A DNA stretch of 64,000 nt from Geosiphon pyriformis uo1 (lineage: Eukaryota > Fungi > Glomeromycota), in NCBI GenBank assembly GCA_016748015.1, contig JAAOMT010000109.1, positions 145,820 through 209,819 on the forward strand, given 5' to 3'. A model generated the notes under the pieces. The model worked only from the letters and a program-made list of their open reading frames with translations, searched no databases and was not told the DNA's origin. Every line of letters begins with the position of its first letter. The stretch's first letter is position 1. Both the position numbers and the translations under genes were made by a program. This document shows positions 12,331-27,405 of this stretch, piece by piece.

Positions 12331-15300
12331 ATGAATTTAATCATTTTACAAATAAAGAAAAATACTGGATAAATATTAAAAATTTTCACTAAATTATGAT
12401 AAATGCAAATTATTATTATATTATGTAAATATTTGTAGAATTTTCAATAGTATTTTTTATTCAATTTAACACTTAGGAACTTATTAACAATATTTACTTC
12501 ATTGAAAATCCTGAATATGATAGGCTTTTTTGAAAAAGTTTTTTTGTTTTTCGGAAAAAAGTTATATGATCTAGGAAATTAATAGTAAAAGATCATAATT
12601 GCGAATTTCTTTTTTAATTGAAAAAATCATAAATTTTTAGCTCTGGCTAAAAAATATTGAAATTTATTAAAGATTTTCAATGATCTCCACTTTCAAATTG
12701 GATATCATTCCGCCCAAGAAGAGATTTATGATGATTTCACAAGCACAAAAAATGACGCCGTAAAAAAAAAAACACCAATTAAAATAAATAAAATTCTTCT
12801 ATTATGATATGGGGCACAAACAGAAACCAGGTCATATGCTTCATGCATGCATTAAAAAATTGCATCTTTTACACCGGCACTTTTTTAAGATATTTATCAT
12901 CTGATGATACGATAGAAAGTTTCCTCTTTAGAATTTCAATCAAAATTAAATTTGGACTCCTAACCTATGTCAGTTAAACAAGAAAAAGCCCTGCAATCTG
13001 TAAAACCAATCCTAGTCCTTACCATATAAAAATAAAGTTTTTATTCTATCCGCCAAGAATTGATATTATATAAAAATGGTAACTTTTTAGTTTGAATTTA
13101 AAATTTATGCTTTTTAAACACTGATAATAAAAAATTAGGATTAAGTATTTTGATATACGGAACTTGGTAACATGCAGATTGTCATCATTTCCTGTTTCTG
13201 TAACTATGGTGTCATGTCAAAATAATAAAATTAATGGAAGTCGATGCAAAATTTTCGCAGTATTGAGTTTTGATTAACATTGTCAAGTCAAATAAAATGC
13301 TTACACCATGAAAATCTCATATTTTGTGCGTTATGCAGATTAATTGAAATATGCATGAATTTTATAAAAAATTTCATTTTTTTCTATACTCGTTTCAACA
13401 CAAAAAAAATCTTTAGAATGTCAAACTTTTCGATCGAGAAAGTGTAAACATTATTTACCGCGTGGTAAATTTCTTATGATGATGTCAACTTTTTTTAAAT
13501 TTTATTATTGAAATGAACATTTGAAACTTTGAACGAAACAAAATCTATCCTAATTTAATTTAATTGAATTAAAATTTGAAATTGTGGAGTATATTTGAAA
13601 TTAAATCCTGAAACTTTAATACTACATTAATATATTAAACAATAAAAGATATTTTAGTTTTTTATACTTGAAGTTTTAAGAGCACATATTTAAAAGCCTT
13701 TTCTTTAAAAACCAAATAGCTTTTACTGCTAATAATTTAATTTACAATTACTTAAACTTCAACTATTAATAATAATTTTTATTGATAATAAAGTAAAAAA
13801 AAGCTAAGATTTTATGTGTACAGTATATTTGGTTTCTAATTGAATAGATATTAACATTAAAATTATTAAAATTTTTCTTGTAAAGCCAAATTAAATATTG
13901 ATTAAAAAGTTTTTTAGTTTTTAAATCTAATTAAAATCTACTACTTTTCCATAAAAACTTAAATAAAAATATATATATATAACCTGAAAAATTTAAAAAA
14001 AGCTTTACTTATTATTTTAAATATTTGGTAAAAATAATTCAATTTTAAAGACTATGTAAATAAAACACAAATATTAAGCATTTCATAGATTTACATAGAT
14101 TTTAATTACTTAATCAATGATTTGAAATTCAGAGTTATTCAAAAAAAAGGATTTACAAATTTTTAAATTAAATATTAATATGAAACAATTTCAATTACTT
14201 CATTTTATTTTATTTTTATTTTAAAATAAATTTTTGAAAAAAAATAATCCTAAATTATTCACAGCCTAATTTTCTGGCCGTTATATATTTTATGATACTA
14301 AAAGAAATAAATTTCTTTCAAAAATTAAATCTAAATATTTTTCAGGATCAAATTTTTTAAAATGCTCTTTGATCTTAAATAAAACATATCAAACTTTTTT
14401 TTTTGCATCTTTGTTTGGTTTTTCAAAATATAAAAAATGGAGGAAATCTTTTGGTGTAACAAGTTCAATTCTACCCAAATAAAGTAACTGATCAGTTAAT
14501 AAAAAAAGATAAAATATTCCATTGTAATCACAGGCTTTATAGCGAACCGAAATGTGCGCGCAAAACACACATTGCAGCACAGCATGCACACAAAACATGT
14601 TCATAAGCACACTGTTAGTGGAAACACTTTTTTTTTTTAAGACTATTCACAGCCTAGTCACATATATTAATATGTTGCTATTGTTGCAATTTTCGAACGT
14701 GTCACACATAAAGTCGTTTAAAATGGGTATTGCCACCTTTTCAAGCGATAAATTTTTTTTTGCCTTTCTTACCTTTTGTCAATCCCTGTCTCAAACTGCT
14801 ACAGCTGTTGCTGTCGCTGCTTTCATATTCTTGGGCTGTTCTTCCATTTTATTTGATTCAATCCCTGGCTAAATTATCTTGAAAGTTTTCCTCGCTCCAC
14901 CCATTCCTCATAGCCGCTTTTTTTAAAATCTATTTGATTTTCATCTGATACTTTCCAAAAAAGCATTCAAAATTTGATTTTCCTTTCCCAAATTCTGAAA
15001 ATTTGAGCAACCTTTATCAATCGCTTTTTTCTTATTTTCATATGTTATTCTTTGATTCATTTTTCTAATTGATTCCCAAATTTTGAATGTGTGGTAAAAA
15101 TTTACAAGCCGAGTATTCCAAGTTCATACGACCTCACAAACCGAATACAACTCCTTCCCTGTTTTGAATACAAAGACAAGTTTTAGATTATTCCAAGAAT
15201 CAAATTCACAAATTTGCCCAACAAAACAAGAAATCCGCCCTATTTGAAGAAATCCTTCGAAAATTTAGTAAAAAATACAAACCAGTCTGCCAGCCTGCGA

Positions 15301-15366
15301 TTGTGAATTTGGATTCATTTCAAATATTAAACTAGAATTTTCTAACGACACAATAAGTCTTTACAA

Positions 15367-18300
15367 ATGATGGAATATGTATTCGTTGATGATTTACACC
15401 GCTATAAACGTCTAAAGGTTACTCGTGCATGTGAATCTTGCCGCCGACGCAAAGTCAAATGTGACGGCGGTTCTGGTGGTTCACAAACCCCTTGCTCAAG
15501 CTGTCGAAAACTCAAGATTGACTGTATCTTTTCGAATATGGCGTTGAAACGTGCCGTCTCTGCCGCGCCAAAAACAGAAGCGGAGCAAATGGATGAACGG
15601 TGGCAACGTGTTGAAAGTCTTTTGCAAAAACTTGATGAGGATGAAATTAAGCAAGGGAAAAAAGGTACGCAGGGTGAAAGACAGGATACTAGAGTGGTAA
15701 AAAGTTTGTGTTGGATCATTCCGAGGAATGGGCCCATTTTTCGGTCCATCTATTTAGGATATTTAATCTCCGCAATCCTTATTTCATCATATAATTTTAA
15801 TAAACTTACATCTTCTAAATCCCACGCGCCTTAAATTTGTTTCCTCTTTTCCCCCTTCTCCGCGCTCAAAAATGTCAATTTTTCTGCCCCGATTCATCCT
15901 TTTTCATGATAATACACTACTGGATGTACTTACAAACTTTGCCACCCAATTTACAATAGAATGTAATGGCCGTCGAAATCATAATTATTCTGACGAATCT
16001 GTAAGCCTACTTAAGGAAAATGAAGGCAGCGCTCATGTTGGCGAAATTATCATATGTCCTGAACCACAACTTCCATTTGTTCACCTTCCCTCGCACGCTG
16101 GTAATCCAACTCCTGATTTGGCAGCTGACTTGATTCAGCTTTACTTTCAAAATGTGCATCCCTACGTACCAATTCTGCACAAAGCTGATTTCTTACGTTG
16201 TTTGACTGACAAGAAAAATCCAGTCTCCCCATTGCTTATGTACGCCATTTTTGCCATGGCTGCTAAATTTTCGGATGATCCTATGGTGAGATTAGATGTA
16301 ATGAAGCCAGAAACAGCAGGACTTCTTTATTATAATTGGGCAAAAGGTAAATTTGAGGTTTTCTAATAAAATTTCCCTTTGTAATTTTTTTTACTAACAG
16401 TCTCTTTGTTCGATTCAGATCTCCTGGATGACTTTTTGGATACCCCACGTTTATCAACCATTCAGGCTCAAATTCTCATGCTAAAATTCCAAGAAGGTAT
16501 TCCTCGAAAAGGTTTCTTCTTCCGAAGTTGGTTATACTTTGGGGTGATTATCCGAATGGCAGAAAATTTGGGCCTTAATACGAAAGGTAGCCAGCAGAAT
16601 ATGAATATTTCCCGCGAAGAAATGACTAGTCGTAAGCGATTATGGCAAACTTGTTTCTTGTATGATCAGTTGATGAATGGTGCACAAGGTACGACTGAAC
16701 TAAGCTTTATCGTTTTCAATTGATTTTCATTCTATCCTGATATGATTTTTGGAATTCCTAATTATATTGCAGGAAGAGATGCTGTTATATCGTTGAGTAA
16801 CGCCGATATTGAATTACCGTCAAAAGCTGATTTTCCTGATGAGCAAGAATTTCAAATTCAGACAGATTTTGTTCACCTCGTACAATTAACTAAAATCTTG
16901 GCCAGTGTAGGGTCACTAAACTCAACTGCTTCCGGGACATGGTCATCAAACCCAAAATTACAAATTCTTGATGCTACGTTGGATGCTTGGACTTCAGCTC
17001 TGCCACTAAGACTTCAATGCTCATCAGCTTTGGAAGAAAGGAATAACTCATTACCGCAGTTTCCAACTTCCCATTTCGCCGGTTTCCTTAACATTCTTTA
17101 TCACACCATTCAAATCTTGCTACACCGGCCTTACATCACCAGTATTCAAGATAGTGATAAAATTTCAACACCACATCCCCATCATCTCAATAAATGCACC
17201 ATTGCAGCAAATAGTATTTCACAAACCTCCCAATCAATGTTTAATAATTGGGGTCCAATGGTGTTCCAATATCCGATTCGTGGTGGAAATTTCGGTGTAT
17301 TTTGTTTGGTGGCAGCATCAATGATTCATTTAGTAAACATGGGATCGTCTGATTTGAGATTTGCTCGAACAGCAACTGAACATTTGGTACGAACTTTAAA
17401 AGTTCTTGGAATTTGTGTTGAACAAGGTGCTGCCTCTGAATTGCGTGATAAGGTTCATTCATTAGAAGCAGCTTTTTCTGCTCAACAAGCTCGAAACTCT
17501 GCAGCTGTTTTGATGATGTTTCATCCTGGCTCAAACTCCAATCCGCTTAATTCATCGGGTGCCAGTCATCATTCGTCCTTGTTAAAATCACGCCGAACAT
17601 CACCGAAAAGACGAGCTACAGCTGCTAATGGTGTACAAATAACAATTGATCAAGAAGGTTCGCGTCATTTACTTTCAAGCAGTCTTCCCGACAGTTTTTT
17701 CGATTCGACACTTCCCATTCCATCACAATTCCAAGATGGGTCTTTATACCTATTAGCAGATGATATAAATTGTGAACATCAATCATTTGATAACTCTACA
17801 TTGGAAAATGTGCCAGCTTCAGTGCAAGATCTCGAAAATCGACAATCATTTAGCATGATGCATCATCATCAATCGATGGATGATGGTATAATTTTGAATT
17901 CGACACAAGTGGTAAATATCACGTTTAACTTTGCTATTGTTTGCTGCCTTCAATTTCAAAGGCTCCAACGTTCAGCTTGATATTAACAAAAAAACTTTCT
18001 TTGATAATTTGAAACAGATCGATTTGAACACTTCAGATGATCCAAACACTACGTATTGTGATCCAAATACTTTATCAGTCTGGTCAAACACAACACAACA
18101 GCATGCAGTATGGTCATCAGCTGGTAGTAGTGGTACCATTAGTCCCGCGAGTATGACCACATCACCCATAACAACACCTGCACCATCAACTCGAAATCAC
18201 TCGCCAATTCCATCAACACAATCATTATCTTTGGAACACCTTAATTTTTTGAATAGTACTAGTAATGTAGGCTCCAATTCAATAATTGCATCATCAACCG

Positions 18301-18404
18301 ATTCTACTCCTTCGCGTGTTTGCCAACAGCTGACGTCTCTCATAAGTCCGGTGATTTTAGCGTCACAGAAGGCTTGTGAATTAAGTTTATACTCAGAGTA
18401 TTGA
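15367..18404 (+). CDS. Zn(II)2Cys6 binuclear-cluster transcription factor with fungal-specific TF (middle homology) domain
   Basis: RACESCRRRKVKCDGGSGGSQTPCSSCRKLKIDC zinc cluster. Middle region YFQNVHPYVPILHK, PRLSTIQAQILM, SWLYFGVIIRMAENLGL, SRKRLWQTCFLYDQL. Phase-consistent GT-AG exons: 15367-15664, 15960-16346, 16419-16688, 16773-17911, 18018-18404. Branch site TACTAAC at 16392; first and last introns less certain. Confidence 0.93.
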
Positions 18405-20720
18405 GAGTATGAACAAAAAAACTTTTTTCATTTCAATGACGCCTGGTGCGCAACTATCACTTAAAAATATGAACAATAGATTTTTTTTAATTTCAAAAAT
18501 TTTTCAGTTTTCGATGTCTACTATATCCTCCATATACATAGCCCCTTGCATATAAAATTCATTGTATATTTATCTTTCATGACGATATTTTTTTTTCCCC
18601 ACATATTCACCTTTTTCTCTGCATTATATTGTATAAAATTTGCAGACCCTTAATTGATTTTTCCAATAAATATTTTTCACATTAAATTTTTTCTTTGTAT
18701 TTTTTATTTTCTCTTCACTTTTTAAACACACATACACAAAAAATATGGTAGACATGCCGAAGTTTTGTTTAAAGAAAGAAATTTGGTTATGAATTTAAAA
18801 TTAGTTTAATGTTCAACACACATAAAATTTTTCCGGAAAAAACAAAGATCATGCTGAAAAATTTAAAATCAATTTTCTTTAATTATGGAGATATTTTGGG
18901 GGATTGGATCAATATTTTAAAGATCGTTCAAATCAAATTTTAAACTGCCCATGGATTCACAAATTTGATTTGTGCGACTTAATTGCTCGTTTTGTGTAAT
19001 ACCCAATTTAAGATCCTGAAACTGGGGCGCTCCAGTTTAGAAACCAGTTTTCGGGTCGCTCAAGCGGAATTCTTTGAAAGTTTATGGCATGAAGGGATAC
19101 AACCGACTGCAGGGGAAATTTATTCACAGAATTTTAATAATACTTATTATTTCGGCTGGAAAGTGAACTCAATTAATATTAAAATCCTTCACATGTACTT
19201 GAAAAATTTAGCTGCAGTTGAAGAAAATTTCCGATTATTAAAAGGAAGAAATATTATTTTTTTGAATGTTACCATTTTTCGATAAACAATAATGTTGAAA
19301 AAAATGTGTCAGCACGTGGGTTTAAAATCAATCTTGTCGTTTCGTCGAGAAATCCATCAGTTGGATCACTTTAGCTGATTAAGTTTGAAGATAATTAGGT
19401 TTTCCTGACTTCGCTTTTACTTTTAACTATAAAATAAATTCCAATTGAGAAGCAAATAAAGGGGGTTTAACCACCAAAAAGCCTTTGTTACCTACCACTC
19501 CCAATAAACAAGCAACACGTGTGAAACGAGTGCTTAAACTTTTTTTAAAATCTGGCAACAAATTCATTTCGACTCTTTCATCTTCCAATAAAACCCTCCA
19601 CTCCAAAATGTCTTCGAAATGCTATGATTTGATTTAAATATATTGAAATCCAAAGATCTTGACGGAAAAATGTGGTATTCAAGTAGTTTATAAGTGACAA
19701 AGGATGCCCAGATTTGTAAAAATTTTGCTTGGTCATTTTATTTTTAGATAAAGAATAAATAAATTATATGGCTTTGGAAAAATAACCAATCTTTCCATGC
19801 ATCTTTTAACATTAATTGGTCTTAAAATGATCTGATTTGAACATTCATATCCTAAAAATCAGGGTTCAGGACGTGAAAATTTTTTTTTATAAATTGGAAC
19901 AATTTTACATAGTAACTTAAGACTCCAATTTGATAAATTTATGTGAGGCTCCTGAATGTCGGTACTTGACAGCTTTTCTACCAATAAGAATGGCATGACT
20001 TTTTTTATTATTAATTGGGCCAATAATAGTTCCAAGTCCCAAGAGTTTACATTTACCTGATTGGTGGCTTTAATTTAATAAATTGGCAGACTTTTTGCAA
20101 AATTGAATTAAGACATTCATATTCAAGGTATAATCTGTTTTGTATAATTTTTAACTTTTGGGTTCTCAATACTCGGGAGAGGAGTTTTGATATTATCTAT
20201 TATTCTCACGTCGGCATGCGCCTTCCAATTGATTTGACAACCATGTTGTAATCCATACATGCCTGACACACATATTCTGTTTAAGTATGCGTGGAAATGT
20301 AATCTCAAGGGTTTATATCATTGCTAATTATTTTGCCGTTATCCCTTTATTCGATCTTTTTATTAGAACTTAAAATTAAGTTATATGATTCAGCCAAATC
20401 TAAGATGAGGAATACGTCAAAAATAAACTTATTTTATGTTCTGGGGAAAGAAAAAAAATTTTGCCCACTAGAAAGGCTAAAAATTCCAAAGTAAGAATAT
20501 TGGTATTCAGAAGCAAATACATTTATGTTCAAAATAAATTTTTTAGAAATATTTTTAGAAAATAATAAAAAAAGGCAAGATATTTTCCTCATGAATGATA
20601 AAAAAAATCTGATTTAATAATATATTTTCTTTGATCCTATATTGAAAATGAAGATTTTTGACCCATTACTTGGACTTGTTTTTAAAAAAAGGAAATTTTC
20701 ATCAATTTATTGAAATTTAA

Positions 20721-20721
<1 letters not shown>

Positions 20722-20796
<75 letters not shown>
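20722..20796. repeat. (AAT)25 microsatellite
   Basis: Perfect trinucleotide run. Confidence 0.95.
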
Positions 20797-23700
20797 CCCT
20801 TTAAAATCTTAGTTTGTACAAAATTTGCGAATTAATTAAATTTTCTAATTAGTCAAGATTTTTGCTTCAAATGGTTGTGAAAGTAAATTTTTTTTCTTGT
20901 CAATAATAAAGCTTTTTAATACAAGACAAATTGCGATGAAATGTTTATTATTTAATTTAATTTATTTTAAGTCCTTTGTTTCTTTTTAAACATTTAATAC
21001 TTGGATCTAGGAAATGGGTTTTGAAACAAAATTCTGAAAGAGATTTAATCGATTATCATTGATTTTCATGCACAAACACAAACAACGAACTTCCTAAAAC
21101 GATGAGTAAATCATATTTGCATTGGTGATACGAGAAACTGTTTGTTTTCAGTTTGGTGAAATTTTTTTTTGAACAGCTGTCAAGTTTTTAGATGCAGGTT
21201 TTTTAAAGTTTGTAGTATTAAAAATTCGGAATGTATCTAATATTTGCTGAATCAAAAACTTGAAGTACATGATAAATATCCTAATAGGACAGAGATTTGA
21301 TGATATAAAAAAAATTAAAGTTTATTAATTGAAATTGCGAAATGGAACACTTACAAGACAATACAACACATAGAGTTGTACCCAAACAATTTTTGAAATA
21401 AAAATCAGAATAATTTGATCAAATTATCTACTAACAAAACCGTTTAAAAACCAAATAACACAAAAAATTTCCTGCATCAAATCTTAATTTTCCACGTGGG
21501 TTCAGTTGAGATAACATCAGGATTTTCTAAAAAATTTACTCGAGAAAAATGGAAATCTTGTGTTAAAGGAAACATTCCATTTATTTTCTACTTTTTTAAT
21601 TGGCCGAAAAGAGTTAAACACTTTTGAAATTTTTCGACTTAAAGTAGTTTATGTTAGACAACTTGTCAATATTTATATTATTTTATATCCAAACTCTAGT
21701 TATTAAACACTAACTATTTTTAATATTCAAAAGAAAAATTAAATATTGTACAAATCTTTTTGCCGAAATCGCATGTTTTATTCTGATGCGTGACCAAATA
21801 TCATAATATTAACATATTTTATGAATTTTTTTTTTAATTTTCACAAGAAATTATCAAGTAATTAAGATTAAGTTCTTAATTTACGTGAGTTGAGATTTTA
21901 TGGTTAAAGCTTTTAATTTTTTAAAGATTTATTCTTGGCCAAAATTGAAAATTCATTTAATCTTGTAAGAGATGAAGTAAATAAATCAAAATTTAAAGTC
22001 ATATTGTAAACATTTTTAATTATTGTGTTGAAAACATAATTTTATCTCCTTAAATTTTTTATTAAAAAAATTTTCAACCTGAAATTCTCGAGTTACATTC
22101 AAATTTTAAATCATTAAATATTTTTTTTATCATTTTGAACATTATTAATTTTAAATTATGTAATTTTCGCACTTCTATTCTTGAAAAAAATGTTTATTAT
22201 AAACAATCAATTCATAGAAATCTAAAAGAAAAAAATTCATTGTAGTCTTTTTTTTTGAAATAGCATGAATTCTTGTCTCAATTTTTTTTAACATTCAATG
22301 TTTTAAATGAGTAATTTTTGGCAACCCATCAAAGTAAATTTTAAAGACTAAATTCTATAAAGAAAATTTTTGAAATATTTAAAATTTGTATCTCTAAAAA
22401 TTTTTTTAATTATGCAAATAGAAATTACAAAAAAAAGTAGTTTCATACCAACCAAGTTGATTTGAAAAAAAAAATTCCTCACAAAATAATTTTAAAAAAA
22501 AATTCCAAATTTGATTTTAAAACTTTTAATTATATTAAAAATAAAATTTCGAATTTGAAAATAATTTAATCTTTTTAATTTGGATTATCAAGTATCAAAA
22601 GGTTGTAAATCTTTGTGAGTTTTTTTTATTTGCAACCCGAGTATGAGTATGCTTTTCATTTTTTGAAAACCAATCTTAGTTTAAAATGAAAAGAAATTTA
22701 TATTTGTTTGATAATTAATTTTTCCAATATTTTTCAATAAGATAAAAGTTTATTCATGTATCTTTTAAATATGCTTATGCTTTTATTGAATATCATAAAT
22801 AAAATTTCGAATAAATTAAATAAATAATGGTAAAAAATATATATTTTTTAATGTTTAACCTTGGTATTTATCAATTTTTTAATACAAGTCCATTTCTTTT
22901 CTTTGAAAAAAAATTTTTGAAAATGATCTTCTGTCAAAGCTCAAACTTTCATCTATCGAGGTCTGAAATAACACACATTCCGATTTTAAATAGCAATCAA
23001 ATCAGTTAAATAAGATTTCAGCTTTTAAAAATGTAAATTTTAAACCTCCAATTAAAAAGAAAATTTTTTAGGATTTCTTATTTGTGAAGATAATAAACTT
23101 GGTACTTTATAAAAGATTTGAAAAAAATTCTACTTTGTAAAATGTTTGTCAATAGCGAAATTAAAATGCTCTTAAATTGATTTGCAAAAATAATTGAAAA
23201 AATTCATTATTTCAAAAAAGATAATTTTTTCAAGCTCTTCAAAATATTTTCCCATTATTATAAAAATGGAAAAATGGAAAATTTTAAGGGTTCATTTTCT
23301 ATTAAAAAGCAATCCATTCTTTTAAATTTAAATTTTTATTGTTTGATTATTATTTTGTTTTTTTGTGAATATTAACAAATTTGAAGTTTTATTAAAAAAA
23401 TTAATGTATATATTGTTTAGATTTTTTCATGTTTTATGATTCAAAATTAAATTATATGTTGATGATTTTTTTCATTTCTGGGAAAAAAGTCAAAAATCTA
23501 AAAGTTTTCATTTCAGCCAACATGTTTATTTTTTAGAATAAATTCAGCTGGTTTGCCAAATTGAAACTTTGGTTTTAAAAAGGGCTATGACGTATAGGAA
23601 ATTTTGTTAAATAAAGTACATCAAAGCAAGCTTAAATATGTTCAAAAAATCTTTTATAATCTGTAATTTTTAGTGTCAAAAATATTTGGAAAATGTAGTC

Positions 23701-26700
23701 CATGAGGTCAAAGTTTTATTGTTTCAAAAAATATATTATATTTATATATTTTAATCGGGAATCAAAATCTCTGTTCATATTTTTCATGAAAAAATTTTAT
23801 TGAATGTTCTTTCAGATATATATAGATTTTAAATGTTGTTTTAAAAGGCACAGATCTTTTTGAATCGATCAAAGACAAATAAAGTCAAACCAAGAATAAA
23901 AATGAATCTCATTAAAAGTCTATTACAAAAGTGAATTTTCAAAAATAAAATTAATGTTTTTACTTTTTAATCATTAATATGATGTTTATACATATATATA
24001 TATATTTGAAAATTGACCTTTTTTTAAAAACTAAATTATACCTGTTTGACATATCTATCTATTCAAAACTAATTAAAAATTATTGTATATACACTCATTA
24101 AAAGTTTTTTTCTTATTAAAAGTATTTAAAGCGCCTGAAAAAAGTTTTCATTTTTATTTTCAAAAAAAATATATGCTTCAATATGAATTTAAAATTACAA
24201 TAATTGCTAATTTCATTTAAAATTGGAAATCCTGATATAATTTTTTAAAAAAATATAACCCTTTATAATAGCATGAAAAATATACACATGCCTAATCTTT
24301 TGCACATAAAATTGGATATGATTTTGATAAAATCAAAATATAAACTTGCGATTTTCGACCCAGAAATAAAATATAATATAATATCTGTTAATCATATTTA
24401 TTTAACGAAATCAATTATTTATTCAAAAAAGTTTTGATTCCAAGTTTTACAAATTTCAAGAAGGAAATACCAAATTTAATAATTATTGGACAAAATTTAA
24501 TTTTTCTCTATTAATATACTCACTATATATTACAAGAGTATCAACGTTTTATAATTATTTTTACCTTTTTTTAAATCCAATTCGGTTAATTTTTACTAAA
24601 AATTGCTCTTGGACTAAATGATAAAATATAAGAAAAAAAAGCTATCATGTGATTATTTTCAATAACCCTTTGTATTTTTATACTTTTTCTGAGTTTCTAT
24701 CAAGAGCTCTGAGTAAAATTCTTGAAATATATTTTCAAAAAGCTCCATTTCCTGTGTTTTAGGAGTATATTCTCTTAAAGAACCAGCTGCCAAACTTGAA
24801 TTTAAATTATTTAGTAAACATTGAAAAAGCTTACCATGATAAAAACAAATTTCAAAATACGTTTTTATTCAATTTTTTTTAAATTGCAAATAACCAGACT
24901 TTGTATGGTTGTAAATTTATTTATCAAAAATATTGAAATTTGCTGCTTTTAAAATGTTAAGCCAAATTGTCCCTCAATTTAAAAAATCTAAACAAAAATT
25001 ATTTCGGATTTAATTTGTTTGAATTTTTGTTAATATCTCAATGATTGGCAAAAACATACTTGGTTTTATGAAAAGCCTAAAAAATACAACATCAGTTTTT
25101 AATATTTAAAGTTTTTTTTTATTTTGAAAAAGATTCAAAAAAATGATTTATGACAACTTTTAAAATTAAAATTTTTCTTAAACTCAAATTACAAATAGTT
25201 CAATATTTAAAATTTTATCTTCATTGTTCTTATTCTCAATATATTCAAAAAAAAACAATGATGCACAAATATTTTTAGTTCTTTTTTCTTGAAGAATTTT
25301 TGAGTGGATATGAAAACACATTTAAAGTCAGAAAACCATAATTAGGTTTGAAAATTTTCAAAAAATATTCATAAAAATGTTTTATTTTAATTTTTTCTTT
25401 ACGACCAAACAAAGCACTTATAAATGCTCAAACAAGTACTTAACTTGCCATATAATTTATTGATTTTAAAATTATTTACACAATATTAAAAACTATAAGA
25501 TTTAAAATTTAATAAACTTATTTAAAGGGATATTGAAATACCAGTCATATTTTTTAAAATTCAGAAAAAAACAACCATATTTTTCAAAATGCAAAAAAAA
25601 AATACGATTAGTCAAATAAGAACATAATTTTAATGTCAATTTTTGATAAATAATGTGTTATTAATTTTAGTTTTTATAAATTTTTTTTTACAATAATAAA
25701 TTAATAAAAAAATAAATTTAATTAAAAAAATCAATCACTAATCTCAATATAATAAAACAGATTCAAAAATCAATCCAATTTAAATATATCATCATTTAAA
25801 GAAATAAGTCATAGTTTTTTGGTTATAATTCAACATCTATCATTTTTGTGAACTTATGCTAAATTTATCAAGTTTTTTTTCAACACCTTTATTTGTTATT
25901 ATTTGTTAATAGGTTGAAAAAATTTAATTTTAAGATAAAAAATATCATGAGAATGCTTATTATTCTTGAACCTATTTGAAAAAGTGATAAATTTACTTTT
26001 TATTTTCCTATGTCATTATTTATAATATCAAGATAAATCTCACAGAAATCTTACCAACGGTCACAATGATTAATGATTTTGTTTTCTCGATAATATACCC
26101 AACCACCCCTACCTATTTTCAATATTGATTAAAATGTTAAAAAAGTCATCTTGTAATTCAACAAGTGTTACCTCCAAGCGGTCGTTTCAATTGCCAGTGT
26201 ATTAATATCTAAAAAAAGAAGTCATTTGCAGTGTTCCATAAAATGTGCACATATATCCTAAAAAGATTATTGTTTAAAATTTTGTTTTTTAAAACTCCCT
26301 TATTTTTTTGCAGAGCCAACCTATTTTTTATTTCACCATTTTGATTTAAAATGTTTACCAAATATTTTATGCGTTCAATAAACCAAGGATAATACGCATT
26401 ATAAGCCACATTGTCTAACAAGATTGTTCACTCTGCATAAGCTGCAAACGCCCAAAATCGTCTCAATTAGTTAATCGTGGAGATTGTGATTGTCTCCATT
26501 TAATCACGATATTCTGCAGGAGTACAGTTCTCCTGAATCCAAGATTCATCGAGATTGTTATTTCAAAAGAAACTTGAGTAACTCAGGATAATGGTTGGTG
26601 AAATCATACTTTTTTAATTCCTTCATCATCATTAAAATACATGATATCCATTTTACTCTGTTATAACAATTTTAAAACTCAATAGAAAAGCCAGACCGTT

Positions 26701-27405
26701 AGATATAGAATTTATTATTCCTTATAACGGTTGGCCATATAACTAATAAAGATATTTTTTTACCCTTCATTTAGTTAAGCTTCATTACAAAATCGATCGT
26801 ATCAAGAATTTGGGCTAAATCTTTTATTCGGAAAACTATTTTAATTAATCATCTTGTATTTTATTTTCAAAGGAGATTCTAACCATGAATCTAAATGATT
26901 CAAGAATTAATCCAAATATTATAAAAAAAAATTATTTCTCTGTTTTTTTTTAAAAAAAAGTTTGTTCTAATTAGCTTTTATTTCAGTGAAATGTTAAAAA
27001 CTATCCATGAAACATAGTTGAAGGAAATCACCACAAGCTTATAAAAAGTTTGAAACTCTTACAACAGATTTGATTGAAATTTTTCATTTACAAATATGAA
27101 CTACAAATTCTTCATTATTGAAGATTGCCCAAAAAATAAAACTTTCAGAGAAGTAGTTGAAGAAAAAATTCAGAGAAACTTACACTAAAGAATTGGAAAA
27201 TTGAATTCAAGATTTTTTGAGCGAGATATCGAGTATTTGGCCTAAACTCCTATTTTTCAAATTGAATATGATTTAGGCTCAAGCTCAATATTTCATTGGT
27301 ATTAAAGTGTCGAAGAATAATAATTTGGCAGCAAAGATCCTGAAAAAGCGAAATAACGAATGTTGAGAAGCGTAAAGAGACTATATTATAATAGACAATT
27401 TCACG

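Noticed and set aside
14389-14872. ORFs 14552-14872 (+) and 14389-14610 (-)
   Set aside because: No recognisable domain; pyrimidine- and CA-rich promoter/5' UTR-like sequence of the TF gene.
15402-18169. Minus-strand ORFs within the TF gene
   Set aside because: Antisense shadows of a well-supported plus-strand CDS.
18983-19285. 100-aa ORF
   Set aside because: TTG start, no domain and no splice partners found.
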